Assembly (NCBI GenBank): GCA_964398115.1
Contig: CAYNLP010000005.1
Coordinates: 1-45,257 of the forward strand
Origin: an uncultured Methanosarcinales archaeon
Lineage (GTDB): Archaea; Nanobdellota; Nanobdellia; Woesearchaeales; CAYNLP01
Reading direction: 5' to 3'
DNA: 45,257 nucleotides
Shown here: positions 7,696-16,463 of the stretch, piece by piece
Layout of the letters: every line of letters starts with the position of its first letter
Position numbering within the stretch: position 1 is the stretch's first letter
Notes under the pieces: generated by a model
Told to the model about the DNA's origin: nothing
The model's database searches: none
What the model saw: only the letters and a program-made list of their open reading frames with translations
Translations under genes and position numbers: made by a program

Positions 7696-9246
7696 ATGTC
7701 AAAAGATAAAAAACATCAAATAACAAGTCGAGAAAGACGGAAAGTAAAGAAGTTTATAGAAAACATAGATGATATTAGAGGTAGAGGTACTGAACTCGTT
7801 AGCGTTTACGTACCCGCTGGTTATGATTTAAACAACATCATCCAACACTTGCAAGAAGAACAAAGCACCGCTCAAAACATCAAGTCTAAACGCACTAGAG
7901 AAAACGTAATAGACGCTTTGGAAAGGATGATAAGGCATTTACGAGTTTATAAGAAAACCCCTGAAAACGGTTTAGCGGTATTCGCCGGGAACATTGCAGA
8001 ACAGGAAGGACAACAAGACGTTGAAGTTTGGAGCATCGAACCACCCGTTCCCATCAACCAACGACTTTACCGTTGCGACAAAGAATTCGTTACGGAGCCT
8101 TTGAAAGAAATAGCTGAAGACCGTAACGTTTACGGCATGCTCGTTATTGACAAGAGAGAAGCCGACCTCGCACTGTTAAAAGGAAAAACCATCATCCCCT
8201 TGACAAAATCAACAAGTAACGTTCCTGGAAAGACGAAAGCAGGCGGACAGTGCCTAAGCCCTGACACCCTCATAACCCTTCCAGATGAATCTAGAAAGCC
8301 ATTAAAGAAAATCGAGGTTGGAGAGAAGGTTCTTAGTGTTGATATGAAACCGCTATCTCCCTACACTTACTCATCTTCCAAAGTAACGGATAGATGGAAG
8401 ACGAAGAAAAAAGTTTACGTTTTAAGTTTTGAGGAGATAGAAGAAAAGATTGTGTGCTCTCCAGACCACGAAATATTTGTCTTTGAACGTTCTTACGATT
8501 GGATACCTACTGAAGGACTAAGAGAAGAAGACAGACTGGCTCTGGAAGATGAAGATAAGGGCAGAGAAAGGGTTCTAGGTCTAACCTTAAAAAATATAGA
8601 AAAGAGGGAAGAAGAAATGGAAATGATTGATATAAGCGTAGAGAGTGGGAATTTCTTAGCCAATGGAGTGGTAGTTCATAATTCTGCCCAACGATTCGAG
8701 AGGCTTAGAGAAGGAGCTGCTAAAGACTTTTACAGAAGAGTGGCGGAGAAGATGAAGAAAAGCTTTCACGGCAGGGAAGACATCCAAGGCATCTTAATCG
8801 GAGGACCGGGTCATACCAAGAACGAATTCGTCAATCAGGGAAACCTGCCTCAAGATTTGAAAGACAAAATAATAACCATGAAGGATTTGAGCTATACCGG
8901 CCAGTTCGGCTTGGAAGAACTTCTTGAAAAGTGTGAGGACGTTTTGTCTCAGGAAGAGGTTGTTGAAGAAAAGCAATTGATGAAAAAATTCTTCGAACTC
9001 TTGGGCAGCAATCCCGGCAAGGTAGAATACGGTCCTGAAGCCACTATGAAAGTTTTGAAAATCGGTGCTGTAGACACTTTGCTACTTTCTGAAGAATTAA
9101 GTGATGACAGAATTCACGAGTTTGAAAAAGAAGCTCAGAAAGTGAGCAGCGATGTTAAGATAATATCTGAAGAAACCAGAGAGGGGAAGCAACTTCCTGA
9201 CTTGGGTGGTGTTGCAGCGATTTTAAGATACGCGGTTAACACTTAA
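7696..9246 (+). CDS. prf1: peptide chain release factor aRF1, interrupted by a mini-intein
   Basis: The aRF1 NIKS motif is present (AQNIKSKRTRENV). GGQ motif KAGGQ is followed by an insertion, then SAQRFERLRE resumes. Without the 144-aa insert the length is typical for aRF1. Confidence 0.92.
   Translation: MSKDKKHQITSRERRKVKKFIENIDDIRGRGTELVSVYVPAGYDLNNIIQHLQEEQSTAQNIKSKRTRENVIDALERMIRHLRVYKKTPENGLAVFAGNIAEQEGQQDVEVWSIEPPVPINQRLYRCDKEFVTEPLKEIAEDRNVYGMLVIDKREADLALLKGKTIIPLTKSTSNVPGKTKAGGQCLSPDTLITLPDESRKPLKKIEVGEKVLSVDMKPLSPYTYSSSKVTDRWKTKKKVYVLSFEEIEEKIVCSPDHEIFVFERSYDWIPTEGLREEDRLALEDEDKGRERVLGLTLKNIEKREEEMEMIDISVESGNFLANGVVVHNSAQRFERLREGAAKDFYRRVAEKMKKSFHGREDIQGILIGGPGHTKNEFVNQGNLPQDLKDKIITMKDLSYTGQFGLEELLEKCEDVLSQEEVVEEKQLMKKFFELLGSNPGKVEYGPEATMKVLKIGAVDTLLLSEELSDDRIHEFEKEAQKVSSDVKIISEETREGKQLPDLGGVAAILRYAVNT
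8251..8682 (+). mobile_element. mini-intein (144 aa, no homing-endonuclease domain) inserted directly after the GGQ motif of aRF1
   Basis: Begins with Cys (CLSPDTLITL, block A). Block B-like CSPDHEIFV. Ends GVVVHN followed by Ser (+1 residue). The flanking exteins reconstitute GGQ|SAQRF. Confidence 0.85.
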
Positions 9247-10460
9247 GCTCTTGCGTGAGTTCTGCTTTTGAGTCTGTAATTAGCTAAGTCTTTTCCTTCA
9301 TCCTCTAACCTTCTCATCAAAGATTGAATTCTTGAATCGTCAGCAGTTACGTATTTACCAGTGTTTGGTTCTTGGAAGCCCAATTCAACTTTACCATTGC
9401 GACCATGACAGTCACTTCCAACGCTTACTAAAGCGTTTAAGTCCTTAGCCATTTCTAAAAAGTGTTCGTTTTCCTCTACGGTGTGTTGTCTGTACAATGG
9501 TTCTACCCCACCAGTTATTTCTATCATCGCTCTCAAGTCATCCATTGCAAATTCTTTACTTCCAATCTTTTCAGTTTGTGAAACACTCCAGTTATAAGAC
9601 CTAGAGGTTGGCCTCGACTTTGATTCTTCAATACTGTACCTACCGGGATGCGCGAGTATTGTTATCATGTTCAACTCTTGAGCTCTTTCCACCATTTCTT
9701 CCAACCTAGGCGGCTGCCACCTAGTCTTGCTATCTAATGTATTGATGAAAGTCTGGAAAGCTCCTTCCTTACTCATTCCAAGATGGTTTTCTGCCAGTGC
9801 TTCAGCGATAAACCTTGACCCTAGATAAGGCTGATCTATACCTTTAGGACTACTCTCCCTCGCTATTTCAAGAACTCTCTCCTTTCTGATAGGATTGTAT
9901 TCAATACCAGAATCAAGAGACTTATTTCGCCATTTATCATTTATTCTATCTACATCTTCTAATCTGGCTCTAGACTTTCGCCTTCGTGTTTCTTCTAATG
10001 CTTCTTTAAAATCTTCTACTTTATCTTTTCCTCCACCTTGATAACCAATTGCCAAAACGTGTACTTCAGAACCACGCCAGTCCGTGGTCATTTCAACACC
10101 AGCGTAAGTACGGTTCAAGAAAGGTCTCAAAAATTTAGCTTCCTCTTCCACTTCTGGAATTACAGAACTAAATCCATGGAGTGTATCATGATCAGTCAAC
10201 GCCAAGTATGATATGCCACTTCCAAAAGCTAACACCATTAAATCCAACGGGTTAAACTCGCCATCAGAAGCTGTAGTATGAGTATGGAAATCAACAACGT
10301 TTTCTCTACCGCTATTAATCTCATCTAACACTATCCTCTCTAGACTTTCATCATCCAACCTATTTGCAAAATACCTTGCTGGACTAGGCAATATCATATC
10401 CATAGCAATGAACAGACTCTTAAATGCTTTAGCCCTGCGAAACATATTTAAATAGTGCAC
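9243..10460 (-). CDS. PHP-domain metal-dependent phosphoesterase
   Basis: HTHTTASDGE N-terminal PHP motif, LAHPGR, and GSDCHG near the C-terminus. Its stop shares a TTAA with the aRF1 stop. Confidence 0.75.
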   Translation of the reverse strand: MHYLNMFRRAKAFKSLFIAMDMILPSPARYFANRLDDESLERIVLDEINSGRENVVDFHTHTTASDGEFNPLDLMVLAFGSGISYLALTDHDTLHGFSSVIPEVEEEAKFLRPFLNRTYAGVEMTTDWRGSEVHVLAIGYQGGGKDKVEDFKEALEETRRRKSRARLEDVDRINDKWRNKSLDSGIEYNPIRKERVLEIARESSPKGIDQPYLGSRFIAEALAENHLGMSKEGAFQTFINTLDSKTRWQPPRLEEMVERAQELNMITILAHPGRYSIEESKSRPTSRSYNWSVSQTEKIGSKEFAMDDLRAMIEITGGVEPLYRQHTVEENEHFLEMAKDLNALVSVGSDCHGRNGKVELGFQEPNTGKYVTADDSRIQSLMRRLEDEGKDLANYRLKSRTHARA

Positions 10461-10479
10461 TAATCTGATATGTCGTATA

Positions 10480-10872
10480 ATGGCACGGATAACTCACAAG
10501 AAAGCAGGAAGCATTAATGAAGGCGACAGCGTTGTTATCGAAGGAGAACCTTGCAGGGTGAAAAAGATAAGCACATCTAGCCCTGGAAAACACGGCCACA
10601 CAAAAGTAAGGATTGAAGCTGTCGGCATGCTTGATGATAAGAAGAGACAAACTGTCATGCCCGGCGACGAAGATGTTGAAGTTCCTATCATTGATAAGAG
10701 AAATGCACAAGTCCTCAGCGTAAAGGGAGACAGCATTAACGTTATGGACTTAGAAAATTATCAAACATTCGACCTCGACGTTCCGGAAGAACTACAAGGA
10801 GAGATCGAGGAAGAAGACAACGTGCTTTACTGGGTTATCCTCGACAACAAAGTTTTGAAAGACGTGAAGTAA
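10480..10872 (+). CDS. eif5a: translation initiation factor 5A
   Basis: Hypusine loop STSSPGKHGHTK, with typical length. Confidence 0.93.
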   Translation: MARITHKKAGSINEGDSVVIEGEPCRVKKISTSSPGKHGHTKVRIEAVGMLDDKKRQTVMPGDEDVEVPIIDKRNAQVLSVKGDSINVMDLENYQTFDLDVPEELQGEIEEEDNVLYWVILDNKVLKDVK

Positions 10873-10873
10873 A

Positions 10874-11035
10874 ATGGCAAAGTTCAAAGCAGCACAAAAC
10901 AGGCTTTTCAAGAACATATTCATCTGTAAGGATTGCAAAGCGAAAATCCGAGCGGATAATCTAGACGTTACTAAAGGCAAAGTCAAATGCCGAAAGTGCA
11001 ACAGTCGTAGTTTAAGACCTGTACGCAAAAAATAA
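10874..11035 (+). CDS. rpl40e: ribosomal protein L40e (53 aa, not in the ORF track)
   Basis: Hand translation gives MAKFKAAQNRLFKNIFICKDCKAKIRADNLDVTKGKVKCRKCNSRSLRPVRKK. It has CxxC...CxxC zinc ribbon spacing and the RP.RKK tail typical of L40e, and starts 1 nt after the aIF5A stop. Confidence 0.8.
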   Translation: MAKFKAAQNRLFKNIFICKDCKAKIRADNLDVTKGKVKCRKCNSRSLRPVRKK

Positions 11036-11098
11036 CTGCTTCTCAACGTTTCTAAAAGACAAAATATATAAACGAAGAACACATAAGTAAGTAATCCA

Positions 11099-12622
11099 AT
11101 GGGACACAAAGCAATTTCCACCCTCTTCTTATCAATACTTCTAGTCACAGCAGCAGGCGCAGTATTAAACGACCAGGCTGAGCAAAAATCAGATGTTTTC
11201 TTGATCAAAACAGACAATCCAAGTATAAAGTCCAAGTTTGACGTACGCTATACTTTCCCTTCAGGATTCACAGCCATGCTAAATGAAAACCAGGTTGAAA
11301 ACTTAGAAAGAAGAGGGATCAGTGTTGAAAGAGTTCCTATATACAGTTTAGCTAAACCGCCCGGAGCATGTAGTCCATGGCCAGACTGTAACAAAGACGA
11401 CTCCAGTATTTCTGTAAACTGGGTTAATCCAACCGATAGCGAAACAGTCAGCGGAACCGTAACTATCCAGATTAACGCTTCAGACAGCGACGGAGATATA
11501 GAAAAAGTAGAGTGGAAAGTCGACAGCGATGATTCTTTCCGAAGCACAAACTACAACAATACCACAGGTTACTACGAAGCCACGTGGAACACCACTACTT
11601 ATTCAGAAGGCGATCATGACCTAACAGCTGAAGCGACAGACAATGACGGAAACACAAAGCAAACGACTATAACAGTTACTGTAGACAATGAAGAAGACAG
11701 CACGTCAAGGTCCGCAACGCCAAGCGATCAAACACCATACGGCATAGAACAAATATACAACGACTCAACCATTTCTAGCACCAGTGGTGGAGATGGCATT
11801 GATGTTGCAATATTAGATACTGGCGTATACAAAGACCATCCAGACTTAACTAATCGAGTCGAACAATGCGTTGACTTCACCAGCGGCGGACCGATGCAGA
11901 CAAAAATTAGTGAAGGGGAATGTGAAGATAAAAATGGTCACGGAACACATACTTCCGGAACCGCACTTGCTGACGCTGGAAGCGACGACAAAGGTATTTA
12001 CGGCGTGGCTCCACAAGCAGACCTATACGCTTATAAAGTCTGTGGCAGTAACGGTTGCTACACTGACGACATCGCAGCCGCAATTGACTACGCTGGTGAT
12101 AATGGTGCGGAGGTTGTAAGTATGAGCCTTGGAGGAGACAGTCAAAGCAGTCTAATCCGAGACGCAATTGATAGGAATAAAGATCAAATATTGTTTGTAG
12201 CAGCAGCTGGCAACGACGGTCCAGACTTAGAAACAATGGATTATCCAGGAGCAGATCCAGATGTGGTAGGAGTAGCAGCAATTAATAATAACAAGAAAGT
12301 TCCTGACTTTTCCAGCCGAGGAAAAGACGTTAGTTCATTTGATGAATCTACTCACAAACTAGTTGAAGTAGCAGCAGCTGGTGTAAATGTGGAGAGTACT
12401 TGGAACGATGGTACTTACAATACTATTTCAGGTACGAGTATGTCAACGCCACACGTTAGCGGTTACGCCGCGAAGTACTGGTCAACCAACACCAGCTTGA
12501 CACCACAACATGTTAGAGATCATATCCAAAGCAGAGCAGGTAAGACCAATATTACGAAAGGCTTACACGCTACGAGTGGCTATGATCCCGCCGCGGGTAT
12601 CGGACTCCCAACCGTCAGCTAA
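11099..12622 (+). CDS. secreted subtilisin-like serine protease (S8) with propeptide and an Ig-like domain
   Basis: Signal peptide. Catalytic triad motifs ILDTGV, HGTHTSGT and GTSMSTPHV. An Ig-like repeat (VSGTVTIQINASDSDGDIEKVEW) lies between the propeptide and the catalytic domain. Confidence 0.9.
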   Translation: MGHKAISTLFLSILLVTAAGAVLNDQAEQKSDVFLIKTDNPSIKSKFDVRYTFPSGFTAMLNENQVENLERRGISVERVPIYSLAKPPGACSPWPDCNKDDSSISVNWVNPTDSETVSGTVTIQINASDSDGDIEKVEWKVDSDDSFRSTNYNNTTGYYEATWNTTTYSEGDHDLTAEATDNDGNTKQTTITVTVDNEEDSTSRSATPSDQTPYGIEQIYNDSTISSTSGGDGIDVAILDTGVYKDHPDLTNRVEQCVDFTSGGPMQTKISEGECEDKNGHGTHTSGTALADAGSDDKGIYGVAPQADLYAYKVCGSNGCYTDDIAAAIDYAGDNGAEVVSMSLGGDSQSSLIRDAIDRNKDQILFVAAAGNDGPDLETMDYPGADPDVVGVAAINNNKKVPDFSSRGKDVSSFDESTHKLVEVAAAGVNVESTWNDGTYNTISGTSMSTPHVSGYAAKYWSTNTSLTPQHVRDHIQSRAGKTNITKGLHATSGYDPAAGIGLPTVS

Positions 12623-12691
12623 ACAAAACATTTCTTTTCTCTACTTTTTTTGGATAATATTTTTATATAGATGTAGAAATAATTGTCTAGT

Positions 12692-14059
12692 ATGGGAATT
12701 GTAGAGATAATTAATAGTGGTTGGTTCACTCTTTTCTTCTACTTAGCTATCGCAGCTACTATATATATTAACAGAGACAAGTTTGAATTCCAAGGTAAGT
12801 TCGTAGCTTTGTACAAGACTGCACTTGGCTTGGAAAAAATGGATGAACTAGCCAATGCAAAAAGTGACAAGTGGGATAAGGTTGGAAGATGGCTTTTACA
12901 AGTTGGTTTCTGGATCTCTCTCACATCATTACTTTCACTAGTCGTTCTAGATCAGTTCGGAGTTAACATTCCTTTCTTCATAGTCTTAACCGGTTTTGGA
13001 TCGTTCATACTCTTCTTGATAGGCTTGTTCGTGTTTAGACAGATAAAGAAAGCGTCTCACCTGGGAATAATAGTGGGTTATCTTGGCATGATAGCTATAG
13101 TTGTTGCTTTGTTTTACGGCCTTCATCAAATGGTTACACAGCCTGAAGCAGCACCTACCATATCACCTGTATTGCCAGGTGTAGACATACCGGGTAGCCC
13201 GATTGATCTTCCGTTAATCATCGGATTTTTAGTATTGTTCGCTGTTATTGTAATTCATGAATTCAGCCACGGCGTGGTGGCTAGAGCTCACGATATTGAG
13301 GTTAAGAGTTCTGGATTTGTCATGTTCGGGCCTATACCTGGTGCTTTTGTCGAGCCTGATGAGGAAAAGTTAGAGGAAGAAGATTCTAAGATTCAAAATG
13401 CTATCTTTTCAGCCGGGCCTTTCAGTAATGTCATTACTGGTTTTATAGCGATTATAGTATTAGGGCTTGTAATGAATCCTGCTATGGGCGTTTTATTCGA
13501 CAACCCCCAAGGTTTTCAGTTCAGCCAGATTGATAATGGAAGCGCAGCTGACAAGGCAGGATTGCAAGCAGGCGTGACTTACAATATTATTAATAATCAA
13601 AGTGTAAGGAGTGCTTCTGAATTCAGGAAAATGGTGCAGAACGTTTCTCCGAATCAAACCTTCTTTATTGGTAACGAGCGAGAAATGCATAAGGTAGTAG
13701 CTACTCAATGGGAAGGTGAACCTGGGAAAGGTAGGTTAGGTGTTAGAGGTTGGAGTACTGATTTTGAGAATGAAGACTCTTGGTGGGGTATTATATTCTT
13801 GCAAATTCGCGAATTCTTTGAATGGTTTATTATTTTAAGCTTTGGTCTTGGACTTGCTAACCTCCTTCCTATAGGACCTATTGATGGTGGTCGTATGTGG
13901 AGGATTGCTTGTCATAAAATGTTTGGTGAAGAAAAAGGGGATATGGTTTGGAAGAAGAGCAGTGTTTTCTTCCTCTTACTCATCGTTGTATTGTTGTGGC
14001 CTATCATCAAAGCAACTGGATTGTTGTTCTGGGAATACACTTTCGGTTTGTTGATATAA
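12692..14059 (+). CDS. site-2 protease family (M50) membrane metalloprotease with PDZ domain
   Basis: HEFSHG (HExxH), NLLPIGPIDGG, a PDZ-like segment GSAADKAGLQAG, and many TM helices. The track start is TTG at 12683; the ATG is at 12692. Confidence 0.88.
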   Translation: MGIVEIINSGWFTLFFYLAIAATIYINRDKFEFQGKFVALYKTALGLEKMDELANAKSDKWDKVGRWLLQVGFWISLTSLLSLVVLDQFGVNIPFFIVLTGFGSFILFLIGLFVFRQIKKASHLGIIVGYLGMIAIVVALFYGLHQMVTQPEAAPTISPVLPGVDIPGSPIDLPLIIGFLVLFAVIVIHEFSHGVVARAHDIEVKSSGFVMFGPIPGAFVEPDEEKLEEEDSKIQNAIFSAGPFSNVITGFIAIIVLGLVMNPAMGVLFDNPQGFQFSQIDNGSAADKAGLQAGVTYNIINNQSVRSASEFRKMVQNVSPNQTFFIGNEREMHKVVATQWEGEPGKGRLGVRGWSTDFENEDSWWGIIFLQIREFFEWFIILSFGLGLANLLPIGPIDGGRMWRIACHKMFGEEKGDMVWKKSSVFFLLLIVVLLWPIIKATGLLFWEYTFGLLI

Positions 14060-14091
14060 TTTTTTAAACAATACAATTATTTCTCTACAGT

Positions 14092-14793
14092 ATGCAGTTG
14101 GATGTTGTTTTGAAGGAGCCGGCAATTTCTGGGAATGTAGGAGCGGTTGCTAGGACTATGAAGAATTTTGGATTTGAAAACCTCGTATTGATTAATCCCG
14201 AGTGTGATCACTTAGATTATGAGGGTAAGGCTAGAGCTATGCATGCCAAGGATGATGTACTGGATAGTGCCAGGGTTGAAGACGAAAACTATTTGGAAAG
14301 ATATGATTATCTAGTCGCAACTACCGCTATCATAGGCGGTGATTATAATATTAAGAGGAGTCCTGTCGCACCAGAAGAGTTGGGTGAAAGACTTGCAGAG
14401 GTAGAGAACGATGTTAGAGTAGGTATCTTGTTCGGTACTGAAGACCAAGGTTTGAGCAATAAGGAGATTATGAAGTGTGATTACGTGTGTACCATACCTA
14501 CGCATACAGAATATCCTACGATGAATCTTAGCCACTCCGCAGCGGTTATCTTATATGAAGTGTTTAAAGCATCGGATCGAAAAGATATAACGGAAGATAT
14601 CAACGCGGTTGGGGAAGAGGAAAAAGAAATATTGCTTGAGAAGATTGACGCTGCTATTGATAATGTAGAGTGGCAGAATGATCATAGGAAGGAGATGCAA
14701 AGATTTCTTTGGCGGCGTGTCCTCGGTCGTGCTATGCTGACTAATAGGGAGGCGCATGCGTTGATGGGATTTTTCAAAGAGTTCAACCGATGA
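14092..14793 (+). CDS. SpoU/TrmH-class RNA 2'-O-methyltransferase (TrmJ-like)
   Basis: GNVGAVARTMKNFG, LFGTEDQGL, and IPT..YPTMNLSHSAAVILYE. Confidence 0.85.
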   Translation: MQLDVVLKEPAISGNVGAVARTMKNFGFENLVLINPECDHLDYEGKARAMHAKDDVLDSARVEDENYLERYDYLVATTAIIGGDYNIKRSPVAPEELGERLAEVENDVRVGILFGTEDQGLSNKEIMKCDYVCTIPTHTEYPTMNLSHSAAVILYEVFKASDRKDITEDINAVGEEEKEILLEKIDAAIDNVEWQNDHRKEMQRFLWRRVLGRAMLTNREAHALMGFFKEFNR

Positions 14794-15295
14794 ATTCTCC
14801 TAAGTCGTACATGAGGATATTCCGCACTTTCTGATCAGTTACAGGTTTGTTAATGCGGTTTAGTTCTTCTCTTTTTCTTTCCACTCTGTCTTGGTATGCT
14901 TCTTCCACTCGTTTGAATAATTCTTTTATTCTTTCATCTCCTTCGAGCCTCTCATAGAAGTCTTCTGAGCCAATTGCGAACAAGTCAGGCCAAGGCTGAA
15001 TTTCTTTATTATCAGGACTGTAAATGGAGAGTCCTACTTGCAAGGGCGGGTTAGAGGTCCTGACCGCGTAGAGTTGGCCGTCGTTTACTTCATCCACGTT
15101 TATTTGATAATTTTTGGGGAGGAGTCCTTGGTAGGTTTCGATACTTTTTTCTCCTTGGTTGGAGGTGAACTTTTCTCGTGTCCACATGTCTACTTCTGAT
15201 TCTAATTCTAGCATTTCGTCTAGGGAGAGGAATGATCCTCTTGGTGGTGCTAGTCTTTCGTTGAGGATTGTATCGTAAAATTCTTTAGGATTCAT
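14783..15295 (-). CDS. hypothetical protein
   Basis: 170-aa ORF with no recognised motif. Its 3' end overlaps the convergent SpoU gene by 11 nt. Confidence 0.55.
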   Translation of the reverse strand: MNPKEFYDTILNERLAPPRGSFLSLDEMLELESEVDMWTREKFTSNQGEKSIETYQGLLPKNYQINVDEVNDGQLYAVRTSNPPLQVGLSIYSPDNKEIQPWPDLFAIGSEDFYERLEGDERIKELFKRVEEAYQDRVERKREELNRINKPVTDQKVRNILMYDLGEFIG

Positions 15296-15379
15296 TTCAA
15301 AAACACCTCACTAATTTTTCACTATTTTATCATACTAACACACTTATATAAATTATCTATCCCGTACAAGGTGAATAAA

Positions 15380-16108
15380 ATGTACGAAGAATTATTAGAA
15401 GAAATAGGTCTCACCCAAGGAGAAACCAAAGTCTACCTAGCCTTATTAGAACTTGGCTCTTCAACCGTCGGACCTATTGTAAATAAATCAGGCGTGGCTT
15501 ACAGCAACGTCTATAACATCCTAAAAAGGTTAAAACAAAAAGGGTTAGTAACTTCTGTCAAGAAATCAAAGACCAAGCATTTTCAAGCCGTAGAGCCATA
15601 TAGTCTGAAAGAATACCTAGAAGAAAAAGAGGACAAGATTCAAGCACAAAAAGAAAGATTAAAAACAGCAATTCCAGAATTGAAACAATTACACAAAGAG
15701 GAAGAAAGGCAGGAAGCAGAAGTCTTTGAAAATTATAAAGGAGTGAGAGCAGCTTATGAAAAACTAGTAGAAGAAGCTGAAAAAATAGATTTCCTATATT
15801 TCTATCAAGAAGAAAATGTGAATAAGGTTGATCAATTCTATCAAAGAATATGGACACTATTCCAAGATGTGGAGATGCGTGGAATAACCCAAGAAGAATA
15901 TCAAGAAAGAGATTTTATGGAAGAAATTAAGCAAAGCGTTGAGATGAGGTTTGTAGATTTCCCAGTGCCTAGCAATATCGACATTACTGGTGACAAAGTT
16001 TTAATCATTTCATGGAAAAAACCTACTGCCATATTGATAAAATCAAAAGATACAGCCCAACAATTGCAAGAATATTTCGATAACTTGTGGAAAGTCGCCG
16101 ACAATTAA
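15380..16108 (+). CDS. TrmB-family transcriptional regulator
   Basis: N-terminal LGLTQGETKVYLALLELGSSTVGPIVNKSGVAYSNVYNILKRLKQKGLV. GGTGA lies 5 nt before the ATG at 15380; the track start is GTG at 15371. Confidence 0.8.
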   Translation: MYEELLEEIGLTQGETKVYLALLELGSSTVGPIVNKSGVAYSNVYNILKRLKQKGLVTSVKKSKTKHFQAVEPYSLKEYLEEKEDKIQAQKERLKTAIPELKQLHKEEERQEAEVFENYKGVRAAYEKLVEEAEKIDFLYFYQEENVNKVDQFYQRIWTLFQDVEMRGITQEEYQERDFMEEIKQSVEMRFVDFPVPSNIDITGDKVLIISWKKPTAILIKSKDTAQQLQEYFDNLWKVADN

Positions 16109-16419
16109 TCTTCAAAGAATTCTTTCACTTTCTCATTAGGTTCAGGATCGGCGTCGTCACTAAGTTTATAGTAGGTTTTTTCTGCGCTTGTCCCCCAACT
16201 ATAATCTCCTTCTTCATCCTCAACATCGGCTACTTCGAAGATTCCAAGTTCTAAACCTTTCTTAAGGTGGTAGTAGATAGTCCTCAATGTTACTGGAGAA
16301 AATATTTCTTTGTAAGCTTTGTGAATTTCATATCCGTAACCGCTGCCCATATGATAGAGGATGTCAACGATGTTCTTTCTAACATCACTTCCCAACGGTC
16401 GCCCCCTTGCGTCTGCCAT
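16105..16419 (-). CDS. small winged-HTH protein (PadR-like)
   Basis: ILYHMGSGYGYEIHKAYKEIF..TLRTIYYHLKKGLELG resembles a PadR-type wHTH. Its stop shares a TTAA with the TrmB gene. Confidence 0.55.
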   Translation of the reverse strand: MADARGRPLGSDVRKNIVDILYHMGSGYGYEIHKAYKEIFSPVTLRTIYYHLKKGLELGIFEVADVEDEEGDYSWGTSAEKTYYKLSDDADPEPNEKVKEFFED

Positions 16420-16463
16420 CTTGAAATACTTTGCGATATGTTACTATAAAAACTTTATGATTG

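Noticed and set aside
10792-11235. 147-aa minus-strand ORF spanning the aIF5A 3' end, L40e and the protease gene start
   Set aside because: It overlaps three well-supported plus-strand features. Its translation is hydrophobic low complexity with no signals.
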